Part shown: piece by piece, positions 1 through 8,281 of the stretch | Layout of the letters: every line of letters begins with the position of its first letter | How positions within the stretch are numbered: position 1 is the first letter of the stretch | Program-made: the position numbers and the translations under genes | IMG/VR virus record: IMGVR_UViG_3300030620_000015 | Coordinates: 1-41,800 of that record | Source: a virus | Taxonomy: Duplodnaviria > Caudoviricetes | DNA: 41,800 bases | Strand: one strand, 5' to 3' | The notes under the pieces: model-generated | What the model was told of the DNA's origin: nothing | Seen by the model: the letters and a program-made list of their open reading frames with translations, nothing else | The model's database searches: none

Positions 1-31
1 ACCATAAATGTAGAAGCTGGTATCTTTAGCT

Positions 32-102
32 TGTTTAGTGTTTTGTTAGGGTGTTTGTTAGGGGTTGTTAGGTTTTTTTTTGGATCCTGTTAGTGACAGG
101 AT
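32..102. repeat. G/T-rich array of TGTTAG(G) motifs (44, 56, 66, 88) plus a small hairpin ATCCTGT-tagtg-ACAGGAT
   Basis: Motif copies read directly, about 10-12 bp or 22 bp apart. The segment is AT-rich compared with the rest of the window. Confidence 0.7.
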
Positions 103-151
103 GGCTGGTAGGGGTGAGGAGAGGGGTTGAAGTGGCGCCGCCACCCCTCCG

Positions 152-167
152 CATGCAGTATAGTGCA
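152..167. promoter_or_regulatory. Near-palindromic operator-like site CATGCAGTATAGTGCA (copy 1)
   Basis: 15/16 identical to 474-489. The core approximates the palindrome TGCACTATAGTGCA. Confidence 0.45.
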
Positions 168-263
168 GGATCGGGCTGGAGTGGGGGAGGGCTTCATCCT
201 TCCACCCAGCCCGCATGGGACCCGCCCCCTTCGCGTCTCGCAAGCCCTCCAGGCTGCGAGGCT

Positions 264-327
264 TGGCCGCCTGGCCGCCTGGCCGCCTGGCCGCCTGGCC
301 GCCTGGCCGCCTGGCCGCCTGGCCGCC
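264..327. repeat. Perfect tandem repeat (TGGCCGCC)x8
   Basis: Eight exact 8-bp copies read directly. Confidence 0.95.
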
Positions 328-384
328 ATGAAGCCCGGCCTGCGGCGAGGCTTGGGCGCCTGGCGCCGAGCTCGAGGCCAGCTG

Positions 385-425
385 TGTTAGGGGTTTGTGC
401 GCCCGATGTTAGGGGTTTGTGCGCC
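385..425. repeat. 19-bp direct repeat TGTTAGGGGTTTGTGCGCC x2, 22-bp period (iteron-like)
   Basis: Copies at 385-403 and 407-425. Shares the TGTTAGG core with the 44-72 array. Confidence 0.85.
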
Positions 426-460
426 GCAAACTTGAGGCGGTGTAAGGAATATGGACACTA

Positions 461-489
461 TGACACTTTGTCACATGCATTATAGTGCA
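461..489. promoter_or_regulatory. Inverted repeat TGACActtTGTCA adjoining the second copy of CATGCATTATAGTGCA
   Basis: Read directly. Lies upstream of the first early gene and contains a TATAGT -10-like hexamer. Confidence 0.4.
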
Positions 490-716
490 CACTCCACCCG
501 CTCTACCTCCGCCAGCCGCGCTCTCCCAAGCCATACCACGCTTACCGCGGCCGAAAGCTTCCGCTAGTTTCGCTCTAACTCCGCCAGCCAAGGGCTCTTG
601 CGACTTTCTGCGCCGCGCTCAAAAGTCCGCGAGGCGAAGGTAGAGCATGGTAGGATGGCCCGAAGCAACCACAGAATCAGCTAAAGTCCTGCCCGCCGCA
701 TGCCGATACCCCCGCC

Positions 717-908
717 ATGCTGACGCTGCCGCTCTTGGCCATCGCCTTCTGCTCCGCCCTCTGCGCCATCGCCCTCCACCGCCTCGCAAGGCACTTCGCC
801 TTGCGCCGCTGGCAGCGAGCCCGGGCGCGGGATTCATGGGCTCGCTTCCGCGAAGCTCAGAGCTTCACTTGCACGCGCTGGTCCTGCCGCCTCAGATTGC
901 CGCGCTGA
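717..908 (+). CDS. Small membrane protein, hypothetical (63 aa)
   Basis: N-terminal hydrophobic helix followed by a basic tail. Confidence 0.55.
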   Translation: MLTLPLLAIAFCSALCAIALHRLARHFALRRWQRARARDSWARFREAQSFTCTRWSCRLRLPR

Positions 909-956
909 CCTCCACGTGCTACACTTTGACACTCAAACCTTGCTCTTGGAGACCCA

Positions 957-1184
957 ATGAAACCGTCTCGCGACACCCGCCTGCAAACCATCCTCCGCAG
1001 GCTCGACGCCCGGGCAGCCCGGGCGGAAACGCACCCGAGCTACTACCGCCTGGCCGACGCCGTCTGGATCCTGGCGAGCCGCAACCACAAGGCGGCCATC
1101 CTCGGTATCCACCACCTGCGTCGCATGCTGCGCTTGTCGAGGCGCTGCCTCGACAGGCTGTCGCCCTCGGAGAGGGTGGTCTGA
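957..1184 (+). CDS. Hypothetical protein (75 aa)
   Basis: GGAG RBS upstream of the ATG. TGATG overlap with the next gene. Confidence 0.7.
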   Translation: MKPSRDTRLQTILRRLDARAARAETHPSYYRLADAVWILASRNHKAAILGIHHLRRMLRLSRRCLDRLSPSERVV

Positions 1185-1990
1185 TGGCCCGCTCGATCCA
1201 CGCGCCGTTCGCGCGTGCCGAGTTCTTCCGGATCCGCCTGACCCGCGACCCCGACGAAGCCTTCGCCGCCGTCGCCCGCATCCTGGCCGAGCACCTCGCC
1301 CGGCCGGACGTCGCCCTGGACCGTTGCTCCGAGTGGGTCGACGGGTTCGGGGTCGAGTCCCTGACCCTGGCCGACGACGCCGAACTGCTCTACGTCAACA
1401 AGGGCGACACCTACGACGCGACCCTGTGCTACGTGCCGGGCCGCGGGTTCTTCGTGTCGTCGTGGGGCGACGTCTACGAAGCGGCCGACCGCGACCACGA
1501 AGCCGAGTCCGGCGAGCGGCGCTGCTGCTACTGCTCGGAGTGGACCGAGGACCCGGGCGAGCCGTGCGGATCGTGCGGCCGCGACCCGGAGACGGGCGAG
1601 CCGTGGCCGGAGCCCCTGCGCCACGTGCGGCTCGAGACGGGCCATACCCTGCGGACCTGGAACACGGGCCGCACCCGCGGCGCTGGCATGATGACCCGGA
1701 CCCGGATCGGGTGCGAGCTCGCCGGCCCCGACGGCTCGGTGCTGTTCCGTGGCGACGACTTCGGTCCGGGCGCGGCAACCGCCGACGACTCCGACGAAGC
1801 GCTGCGGGCCCTGCTCGGGTTCCTGACCCTGCGGCCCGGCGACACGGACCGCGAGTACTTCGACGCCTACTCCCCCGAGCAACGGGCGTTCGCAGAATCC
1901 TCGGACTGCGAACTGCTGGCGTTGCTCTACTCGGAGGACGGGCCGGGCACCTTCGCCGACGTCGACGACGCGGAAGGGGGTGGCCGATGA
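1184..1990 (+). CDS. Hypothetical early protein with central Zn ribbon (268 aa)
   Basis: Start at coupled ATG 1184 (MARSIH). CCYC...CGSC motif and strong GC3 bias. Confidence 0.8.
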   Translation: MARSIHAPFARAEFFRIRLTRDPDEAFAAVARILAEHLARPDVALDRCSEWVDGFGVESLTLADDAELLYVNKGDTYDATLCYVPGRGFFVSSWGDVYEAADRDHEAESGERRCCYCSEWTEDPGEPCGSCGRDPETGEPWPEPLRHVRLETGHTLRTWNTGRTRGAGMMTRTRIGCELAGPDGSVLFRGDDFGPGAATADDSDEALRALLGFLTLRPGDTDREYFDAYSPEQRAFAESSDCELLALLYSEDGPGTFADVDDAEGGGR

Positions 1991-2367
1991 CCACCAAGAC
2001 GATCACGATGACCGGCCGCCCGCCGGTCTCCATCCGCAAGGAGGCGTGGCCGCGCATCGCGGGCGCCCGCTACAGCGACCACGATGGCGAAGTCGAGTGC
2101 CAGGCCTTCCGCAGGTGGTCGGCTCGGGTCGCGGTCCGCCGGCACGCGGACGGGAGGCACCTGGTGTTCGGGGTGGCCAGCTACACCACGGCCTGGCGTG
2201 GCGAGCGGGACGCAGGGGCGGCTGGTGGCGAGCTCCTGCCGCCCGGCTGCACGGCCGACGACGTCGTCGCCGCCATCAGTCGGGTGGCCGCCATCCTGAC
2301 CTCGGTCGCAGGTATCCCCGACCTGACCGACCAGTGCATCGCCGACCTGCCGGCGGAGCCCTTGTGA
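1987..2367 (+). CDS. Hypothetical protein (126 aa)
   Basis: ATGA overlap. MTTKTITMTGRPPVSIRKEAWP... with good codon bias. Confidence 0.75.
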   Translation: MTTKTITMTGRPPVSIRKEAWPRIAGARYSDHDGEVECQAFRRWSARVAVRRHADGRHLVFGVASYTTAWRGERDAGAAGGELLPPGCTADDVVAAISRVAAILTSVAGIPDLTDQCIADLPAEPL

Positions 2368-2561
2368 GCCTCCGCCGCGTGGACCTGCCGGCGGAGCGCC
2401 GGTTCGTGTGCGGCACACGCGCCGTGATCCGCGCTGGCCGTCGCTGGCTAGTCGTCTGCGCGACGTGTGGCGCTGGATCGGCTGGCTACAGCAGCCTCAC
2501 CGACGCCACGCGCGCCGCCGTCCGGCAATCGAACCGCCCGTGCTCTTGCGGGGCACGGTGA
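2364..2561 (+). CDS. Small Zn-finger protein (65 aa)
   Basis: GTGA overlap. CATC...CSC motifs. Confidence 0.6.
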   Translation: MSLRRVDLPAERRFVCGTRAVIRAGRRWLVVCATCGAGSAGYSSLTDATRAAVRQSNRPCSCGAR

Positions 2562-2761
2562 CCCGCCGGACCGTGGCCGACCGCGTCACTCGGGCCCTGG
2601 TGGGGCTCGGGCTGTTCGGCGGAGCGCTCGCCGCGTGCTGGCTGGTCGGACCTGCTGGCCTGCGGCTGCAGGGCTCTGGCGTGGCCGGCCCTGCAGCCGT
2701 GGTGGCCATCCCGTTGCTGATCGGCGTGGCCCTGGTCGCCAGGGCCGTCGTCGACAAGTAG
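2558..2761 (+). CDS. Small two-TM membrane protein (67 aa)
   Basis: GTGA overlap. Two hydrophobic segments. Confidence 0.6.
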   Translation: MTRRTVADRVTRALVGLGLFGGALAACWLVGPAGLRLQGSGVAGPAAVVAIPLLIGVALVARAVVDK

Positions 2762-2972
2762 CCGCCCTGCGGCTCGACAGGCGCCCCAGGCCCTGACCAC
2801 CCCCGCGCCTGCAGCGGGCGCGGACCGCCCCCAGTCCGGGCCACAGGGCGACGCGAGAGATCGCTTCCAACCAGGCCGCCCCCATGGTAGGCTTGCGACG
2901 CGAGCTCTCCTAGAGCAGGCAAGGTTTCGGCTCGGGCTTATTACAACGCCCGGGCCGTTTTTGTTCCAGGGC

Positions 2973-3002
2973 TTGACAACCGGCTTTGGATCCGTAAAGC
3001 AT
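2973..3002 (+). promoter_or_regulatory. Possible sigma70-type promoter for the helicase/replication operon
   Basis: Perfect TTGACA at 2973-2978 in an intergenic gap. The -10 element is weak (TAAAGC/AAGCAT). Confidence 0.35.
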
Positions 3003-3017
3003 GGATGAACCTTGCCC

Positions 3018-4847
3018 ATGGAAGTCTGCATCACTCACTGCGCAGGCCGATTCAGCATCAGGCCTCCGACGAAGAAGCCGATCCCGCAGGTCAGCGACTG
3101 GGTCGGATGGCGCAGGACGCCGGTGGGCGACTACACAGCGCCGGCCTACGTGAGCTCGGTCCTCGCCGTAGGCTCGTCACCAACGCTGCGCGTGACGTGG
3201 ACCATCGATGCCATGCAGGTCCGCGACGAGCTCCTCAAGAGCCTGCAGTCAGCAAAGGTCTGCCTGGCTGACCCCTCCCCTTCGGAGACGGGTCACAAGT
3301 GGCCGACGGAGAGGAGGCCGAGGAAGCACCAGCTGCAGGCGATCCATGCTTGCGTCTGGCTCGGCGACTCGATGCTGCTCGGCGACGACATGGGCATCGG
3401 CAAGACCAGCACCGTGCTGTGGTGCCTGCAGCAATCAGGGGCGACGCGAGCGCTGGTCGTCTGCCCGGTGTCCGTGAAGTTCAACTGGAAGTCAGAGTTC
3501 ACTCTGACCCTGGGTTCGAAGTGGGCGACGCACGTCATCGACGGAAGCTCGAATCAGCGAGCGCAGCAGTTCGTCGAAGCGATGAGCTTCGAGCCGATCA
3601 TCGGCCCTCCGGGCTACGACCAGGATCAGGACCCCCGCAGCCCCGAGTATCTGGCAATCATCATCAACTACGACCTGCTACGGCACCTGACTCCAAGGCA
3701 GCTGAACCAGCTGCAACGGTTCGTCGCGGGCCAGGCGTTGATCTGCGACGAAAGCCACTACCTCAAGAGCCGCAACGCAGAACGCACGAAGCTGGTGCGC
3801 GACCTGGCGCACGACGCCGGCCATCGGTTCCTGATGACCGGGACGCCGGTGCGCAACCTGGTGGATGACCTGTTCTCCCAGATCAGCCTGGTTCGCCCCC
3901 AGATCTGGTCGAGCTACAGGGACTTCGCTCGCCGCTACCTAGTGGAGCGACCCGTGACCTTCGGCAAGAAGACGGTGACCAGGGTCGTTGGCTCCCGCAA
4001 CGTTGAAGAGCTCAACGCCGTGCTCAACACGGTGATGATCCGGCGGAAGAAGTCGGAGGTCGACTCCCTTCCTCCGAAGGTCCACACCTACCCGGAGATC
4101 ACGCTCGATGCGACCACGCGCAAGATCTACAACGCGATGGCGGACTTCGCCCGGGTCGAGCTCAAGGCCTTGACCAGCGACGCTCCGGTCAGCGTGTTCG
4201 ACCCGCGCGCGAAGAGCGCGATCGAGGCAGCCATGCGCTGCGAGCAAATCGCTCAAGGGTTCATCGGCGGCATCCCTCAACCGGTCATGGACCGGTTGGA
4301 CGCGAAAGTCCTCCGGGAAGCGGAGAAGGTCAAAGGGCGCCCGCACGAGCTGATCTTCCCGCAGGCCCCCAAGCTGACATGGCTGCTAGAGGCGATCGAT
4401 TCAGTGCTCAAGCAGGGCGGGGCGCCGTTGGTGTTCACGCGCTTCAACGCCCCGATGGGCTGGCTACAAGGCGTGCTGAGCGCCAAGGGCATCAACGCAG
4501 CCTGCCTGCATGGCTCCCTGAGTGCTACCGAGAAGCACGAGGTCGTGACGGGGTTCAGGGATCGGCGGTTCGACGTGCTGATCGCCCAGGTGAAGATCGC
4601 GGAGGGCTGGAATGCCACCCGATCGCGCGACGTGCTGTTCCTCGGCAGGGACTGGAGTCACGCGATCAACAACCAGGCAGAGGATCGGACGCACCGCGAT
4701 GGTCAGACCGGCACGGTGAACGTGCAGATCCCTGTGGTCCGCCAGACGATCGAGGTAATGCACCACCGTCGGCTGCAGGCCAAGGCAGAGAACGCCGACC
4801 AGGCGTTGCGCGATCTGACGGCGCAGCAGATCATGGAGGGGCTGTGA
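3018..4847 (+). CDS. SNF2-family (SF2) helicase/translocase
   Basis: Motif I DDMGIGKT, motif II ICDESHYLK, motif III MTGTPVRN, C-terminal EGWN...QAEDRTHRDGQ. Confidence 0.93.
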   Translation: MEVCITHCAGRFSIRPPTKKPIPQVSDWVGWRRTPVGDYTAPAYVSSVLAVGSSPTLRVTWTIDAMQVRDELLKSLQSAKVCLADPSPSETGHKWPTERRPRKHQLQAIHACVWLGDSMLLGDDMGIGKTSTVLWCLQQSGATRALVVCPVSVKFNWKSEFTLTLGSKWATHVIDGSSNQRAQQFVEAMSFEPIIGPPGYDQDQDPRSPEYLAIIINYDLLRHLTPRQLNQLQRFVAGQALICDESHYLKSRNAERTKLVRDLAHDAGHRFLMTGTPVRNLVDDLFSQISLVRPQIWSSYRDFARRYLVERPVTFGKKTVTRVVGSRNVEELNAVLNTVMIRRKKSEVDSLPPKVHTYPEITLDATTRKIYNAMADFARVELKALTSDAPVSVFDPRAKSAIEAAMRCEQIAQGFIGGIPQPVMDRLDAKVLREAEKVKGRPHELIFPQAPKLTWLLEAIDSVLKQGGAPLVFTRFNAPMGWLQGVLSAKGINAACLHGSLSATEKHEVVTGFRDRRFDVLIAQVKIAEGWNATRSRDVLFLGRDWSHAINNQAEDRTHRDGQTGTVNVQIPVVRQTIEVMHHRRLQAKAENADQALRDLTAQQIMEGL

Positions 4848-5176
4848 GTCGCTACCGCAAGGAAGTGGCGGAGTTCTTCCGTAACGAGGTCCACCGATCC
4901 CAGTTTCGATTGAGCATGGGGGATCTACCGTTGCCTGCCGCTACCGTCAGGTCGATCATGTATCTGGCGGCTCAGGGGATTGCAGAGACCCCCTGTGACA
5001 ACGAGCGCTACCGAGACGCGGTGATGGATGTCTGGGAGCACGCTTGTGGATACGTCAAGGCGCTGCGTGACAAGGGGGTCAACGACGGTATGGAGTATCA
5101 CAACATCCTGATGCTGGGAACCCTCTTGGAGACTGCGATTGCGGCTTTTGTCGAGGTCACCAAAGATGAGCACTGA
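4844..5176 (+). CDS. Hypothetical protein (110 aa)
   Basis: GTGA coupling with GGAGG upstream. Confidence 0.7.
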   Translation: MSRYRKEVAEFFRNEVHRSQFRLSMGDLPLPAATVRSIMYLAAQGIAETPCDNERYRDAVMDVWEHACGYVKALRDKGVNDGMEYHNILMLGTLLETAIAAFVEVTKDEH

Positions 5177-5339
5177 GTGCTACTTCTGCGGCAAGGAAGT
5201 CGTTGAAGATGATTTCTGCTCGGGTTGCGACGCTCATGTCTGCGACGAGTGCGCGCTGATGGATCCAATCGGCCCACATAACCCCAGCGATCACCAGAAC
5301 GTCGAAGAGGAGCTGGAGGAGGTAGAAGATGACGGCTAA
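5166..5339 (+). CDS. Small Cys/His-rich Zn-finger protein with acidic tail (57 aa)
   Basis: MSTECYFC...FCSGC...VCDEC...H; GAGG RBS. Confidence 0.75.
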   Translation: MSTECYFCGKEVVEDDFCSGCDAHVCDECALMDPIGPHNPSDHQNVEEELEEVEDDG

Positions 5340-5670
5340 CCGGCCGACCGAGGCAGAGATTCAGGCCGCGATGTCGGCCAAGTGGTTCGAGTGCGACAGC
5401 TGGGGCGACGCGTGCACCGGATTCCTCTGACCGGCCGCGGAGGTGCTGCGGTCGCGGCACCCGGAGGTCCGGTTCGAGCGCGTCTGGGGGAGCGAGTTTC
5501 TGGAGCCGGAGACCGACGCAATGGAGGAGGCGGGGCAGGCTCTCGTGGATGTGGCGCACTGGCTTGGTTTCACCGAGGCCAGGATGGGCCCTTTGTTGTT
5601 CGGCCACTATCGCTACCTGGAGGCCCTGGAAGCGGAAGGGCCGAGTATCTTCGAACGGAGGACTTACTGA
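5329..5670 (+). CDS. Putative selenoprotein A (113 aa; in-frame TGA 5428-5430, context ACTGFL-U-PAAEV)
   Basis: Strong GGAGGAGG RBS before ATG 5329. The frame stays open after the TGA and ends in a TGATG overlap with the next gene. A SECIS-like hairpin starts 11 nt after the TGA. Confidence 0.75.
5442..5461 (+). promoter_or_regulatory. Bacterial SECIS-like hairpin GGUGCUGC-GGUC-GCGGCACC
   Basis: 8-bp stem with GGUC apical loop. First loop G is at +20 from the UGA. Resembles the E. coli fdhF minimal SECIS (GGUUGCAGGUCUGCACC, 11 nt from the UGA). Confidence 0.75.
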
Positions 5671-6467
5671 TGTTACCGAGACTCGTGCAAGGAATGGGGT
5701 CCCGCGACGACGGGACCGTGTGCTGGATGAGCGCAAACGCCTGGGTTGCGGGCGAGGGCTGGACCGACGAGCCCTCGTGCGTCTGCCCGGTGATCCGCGG
5801 GCTGTGCATTCCGGCCAACGACTGGCTGGAGACCTACGCCGACCGTGAGCGGGTGATCGGACCCATTCTGTTCGTGCCGATGGGCACGGTGGGCGGCGCC
5901 GACTTGATGAGCCGCCGTGCGTTCGCGTGCGCCGACGTGGCGGTGCGGGAGTGGACACCGATGGCGCTGCGGGCGGCCGGGATGCACGAGCAGGCCGACA
6001 GGCTGGCGGCGCTTCCGGAGATCGTCGACGAAGCCACGGCCGAGGCCGCCGGGGCCGCCGCCAAGTCCGCCTGGGCCGCCGAGACCGCCAGGGCCGCCGC
6101 CAAGTCCGCCAGGGCCGCCGCCACGGCCGCCGAGGCCGCCAGGGCCGCCGCCACGGCCGCCGAGGCCGCCGCCAAGTCCGCCAGGGCCGCCAGGGCCGCC
6201 GAGGCCGCCAGGGCCGCCGCCACGGCCGCCGGGGCCGCCGCCACGGCCGCCACGGCCGCCGAGGCCGCCGGGGCCGCCGCCAAGTCCGCCTGGGCCGCCG
6301 CCACGGCCGCCGAGGCCGCCTGGGCCGCCGCCACGGCCGCCGAGGCCGCCTGGGCCGCCGGGTCCGCCGCCGAGCACCTGTTGGTGCCACTCATCCTGCG
6401 GCTGTGCGCGATGGGGCGCGAGGAGCTGCCCGTGGTGCGGCGGCTGGAGGATCTGGTGCAGCCGTGA
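5670..6467 (+). CDS. Phage protein with Cys/Trp N-domain and Ala-rich tripeptide-repeat C-domain (265 aa)
   Basis: VCWMS...GEGWTDEPSCVCPVI...ND followed by xAA repeats. Coupled at both ends. Confidence 0.8.
   Translation: MLPRLVQGMGSRDDGTVCWMSANAWVAGEGWTDEPSCVCPVIRGLCIPANDWLETYADRERVIGPILFVPMGTVGGADLMSRRAFACADVAVREWTPMALRAAGMHEQADRLAALPEIVDEATAEAAGAAAKSAWAAETARAAAKSARAAATAAEAARAAATAAEAAAKSARAARAAEAARAAATAAGAAATAATAAEAAGAAAKSAWAAATAAEAAWAAATAAEAAWAAGSAAEHLLVPLILRLCAMGREELPVVRRLEDLVQP
6033..6373 (+). repeat. Coding array of 9-bp NNN-GCC-GCC units with higher-order 27-36 bp duplications
   Basis: Encodes AAK/SAW/AAE/AAR/AAT repeats. Confidence 0.9.
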
Positions 6468-6610
6468 ACGCCAACGACCTCAAGGCCAAGCTCCGCGGGC
6501 TCTGCAGCCAGATCCTGGTTCAGGTCCGGCATTACCCGCACAACCATGACGCGCTGCGGGAACTGGCTGTGGCGATCATCGAACTTCTGGACGGGACCGA
6601 GGCTGAGTGA
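6464..6610 (+). CDS. Hypothetical protein (48 aa)
   Basis: GTGA overlap with GGAGG upstream. Confidence 0.6.
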   Translation: MNANDLKAKLRGLCSQILVQVRHYPHNHDALRELAVAIIELLDGTEAE

Positions 6611-6987
6611 TGGACAAGAAGCTAGCCAAGAGAGTCGTCCGCGCCTGCGTGCGGGCTCTGACCGATACCCAGGCCGCTAGGCTGATGACCCACGCGGCGA
6701 ACGAGACGCCGATCATCCATGACGAGAGGATCTGGAGCACTTGGTTCGCGCTCGGCGCCGGTTGACCGGCTGGACTGGCGGGATCCGACCGTGTGTTGGA
6801 TCATTACGGCAGTCCCTTGTTTCGGAATGACTGCTGCCTCGACGCCTTGAAGCGAATGGTCAATGTCGTAGAGCGCATCCAACTCGATGCCTACCAGAAG
6901 GCACACATGCCCCTCACGACCGACGAGATCCGCCGCATCTGGCTGGCCGAGGGCCGACGGCGCGGCTACGAGTTGGTGAACGCATGA
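6610..6987 (+). CDS. Putative selenoprotein B (125 aa; in-frame TGA 6763-6765, context WFALGAG-U-PAGLAG)
   Basis: Coupled start (TGATG 6608-6612). Same frame as ORF 6793-6987, which ends in an ATGA overlap. A weaker hairpin (6774-6792, GGAUC loop) follows the TGA. Confidence 0.6.
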
Positions 6988-7328
6988 GTTGGGAGGACAG
7001 GATCAAGCAGGCTGCAGCCATAGCTGCCATCGAGGCAACCACGCGTGAGCGTGGGCGCTGCTTGTGGGTCATCGACCATCTTGTCGAGCAGGCTGCAGAT
7101 GCGGCGGACAGCAAGATCCTGCCCTCCGAGGGGGACTTGCACGTTCGCGAGATCAAGGTTAGGTTGATGCGTGCGATGGCCTACATGGTCAAGCAAGCCA
7201 TCGTCGCAGGACTGGAACCGGCAAAGCATGGAACGCCCGGTCACGGTGTTAGGGAAGGCGCTGCTCACTCTGGTGAGGGAGCGAGCGGCGCCATTTTTCC
7301 TTTCCCTCACCGAACGGAGGAGTCATGA
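6984..7328 (+). CDS. Hypothetical protein (114 aa)
   Basis: ATGA overlaps at both ends. Confidence 0.7.
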   Translation: MSWEDRIKQAAAIAAIEATTRERGRCLWVIDHLVEQAADAADSKILPSEGDLHVREIKVRLMRAMAYMVKQAIVAGLEPAKHGTPGHGVREGAAHSGEGASGAIFPFPHRTEES

Positions 7329-7732
7329 AGACCCTTCTTCTCGTGCTGGCTTTCGTGCTGGCGTCTCCGGCCAAGGCGCAGTTGGACACCGGGTTCGCGT
7401 TCGGGATCACTTCGACGCTCCTGGAGTGCAGCCACTCCGCCAACGGCTACCTGTGCACGTTCAACGACGGCCTCGTCCTGCTGATCGACGACGAGTTCAC
7501 CAGCTACAGCGAATACCGGATCCCCGGGAGCTCACCGCAGGGACCGGTGGGCCAGGGCCCTCTCCCGACGCTGACCACTGCCTGGAAGGACAAGCTGGGG
7601 GTGACCCACACCGTGTCGACGCCCATCCCTAGCACGACTCCGGCCGGGCTGGCCAAAGCTACCCAGTTGCACAACTCGCTGGTGACCCTGCTGCAGGGAC
7701 TCCACCCGCCAGCGCCTGTCCCGAACCCCTAG
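7325..7732 (+). CDS. Secreted/periplasmic protein (135 aa)
   Basis: GGAGGAG RBS. Signal peptide MKTLLLVLAFVLASPAKA|Q with an AxA cleavage site. Confidence 0.8.
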   Translation: MKTLLLVLAFVLASPAKAQLDTGFAFGITSTLLECSHSANGYLCTFNDGLVLLIDDEFTSYSEYRIPGSSPQGPVGQGPLPTLTTAWKDKLGVTHTVSTPIPSTTPAGLAKATQLHNSLVTLLQGLHPPAPVPNP

Positions 7733-7761
7733 AGCTACGGAGCTGCGGGGTGCACCCCGCC

Positions 7762-7799
7762 GGGGCCGCAGGAGGGTGAGACCTGCGGCCCCACTTTTC
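7762..7799 (+). terminator. Probable intrinsic terminator
   Basis: 11-bp perfect stem GGGGCCGCAGG/CCTGCGGCCCC followed by ACTTTTC. Confidence 0.65.
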
Positions 7800-7814
7800 A
7801 CCAAGGATCCACCG

Positions 7815-8057
7815 ATGAGCAAGTTCACCGACGACACCCTCATGCCTTGGGGCAAGCACCAAGGAGTGAAGATGAGCGACGTGCCGGCCAGCTACCTGCT
7901 GTGGCTCTACGAACAGCCATGGATCAAGGACTGGAAGGAACTGCACGCCTACCTCCGCGCGAACGAAGACCTGTTGCTCGCCGAGAAGCGGGATGACGCC
8001 GGCGGAGAGGAAGGCTTCACCAGCTTCCAGGACTACAAGGACTACCGGGGCTTCTGA
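7815..8057 (+). CDS. DUF3820-like / ExoX C-terminal-like small protein (80 aa)
   Basis: MPWGKHQG...DVPASYLLWL signature; AAGGA RBS. Confidence 0.75.
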   Translation: MSKFTDDTLMPWGKHQGVKMSDVPASYLLWLYEQPWIKDWKELHAYLRANEDLLLAEKRDDAGGEEGFTSFQDYKDYRGF

Positions 8058-8281
8058 TGAATCAGGTCGCGATGTTCCGCCGATGGTGGCTCAACAATCA
8101 TGAACGAAGCCTATGCACGCGGGAGCAAGCTGCGGCCGCCTACGTGCAGACATACCCTGGCCGCATGCTGCCCTTGCTGTTGGAGCTGCTCGATGGATGC
8201 AACCCTGATGACCCTGTTCACGGCCTACAAGCTGGCCAGGCAGACCTACGACGAAGCGAAGAGGAGAAGCGACGAGGCTGA
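8057..8281 (+). CDS. Hypothetical protein (74 aa)
   Basis: TGATG coupling. Overlaps the next gene by about 89 bp. Confidence 0.5.
   Translation: MNQVAMFRRWWLNNHERSLCTREQAAAAYVQTYPGRMLPLLLELLDGCNPDDPVHGLQAGQADLRRSEEEKRRG

Noticed and set aside
44-425. TTAGGG resemblance to eukaryotic telomere repeats
   Set aside because: Copies are dispersed and degenerate rather than tandem, and the context is a bacterial phage.
264-425. Possible CRISPR array or DGR template repeat
   Set aside because: No unique spacers between equal-length repeats, no cas or reverse transcriptase gene, and no adenine-specific TR/VR pair.
906-956. ORFs 717-908 and 957-1184 share a frame and are separated by two TGAs
   Set aside because: No SECIS-like hairpin follows. 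The spacer is AT-richer and contains a good RBS, so these are two genes.
2762-3000. GC-rich intergenic region as tRNA (including tRNA-Sec) or ncRNA
   Set aside because: No T-loop (GTTCRA), cloverleaf or UCA anticodon arm could be built by eye.
5098-6610. Gly/Pro/Arg-repeat ORFs (e.g. 5673-6377 GGPGG, 5917-6549 PPGPP) resembling collagen or silk
   Set aside because: These are alternative-frame and antisense shadows of the Ala-rich 9-bp repeat.
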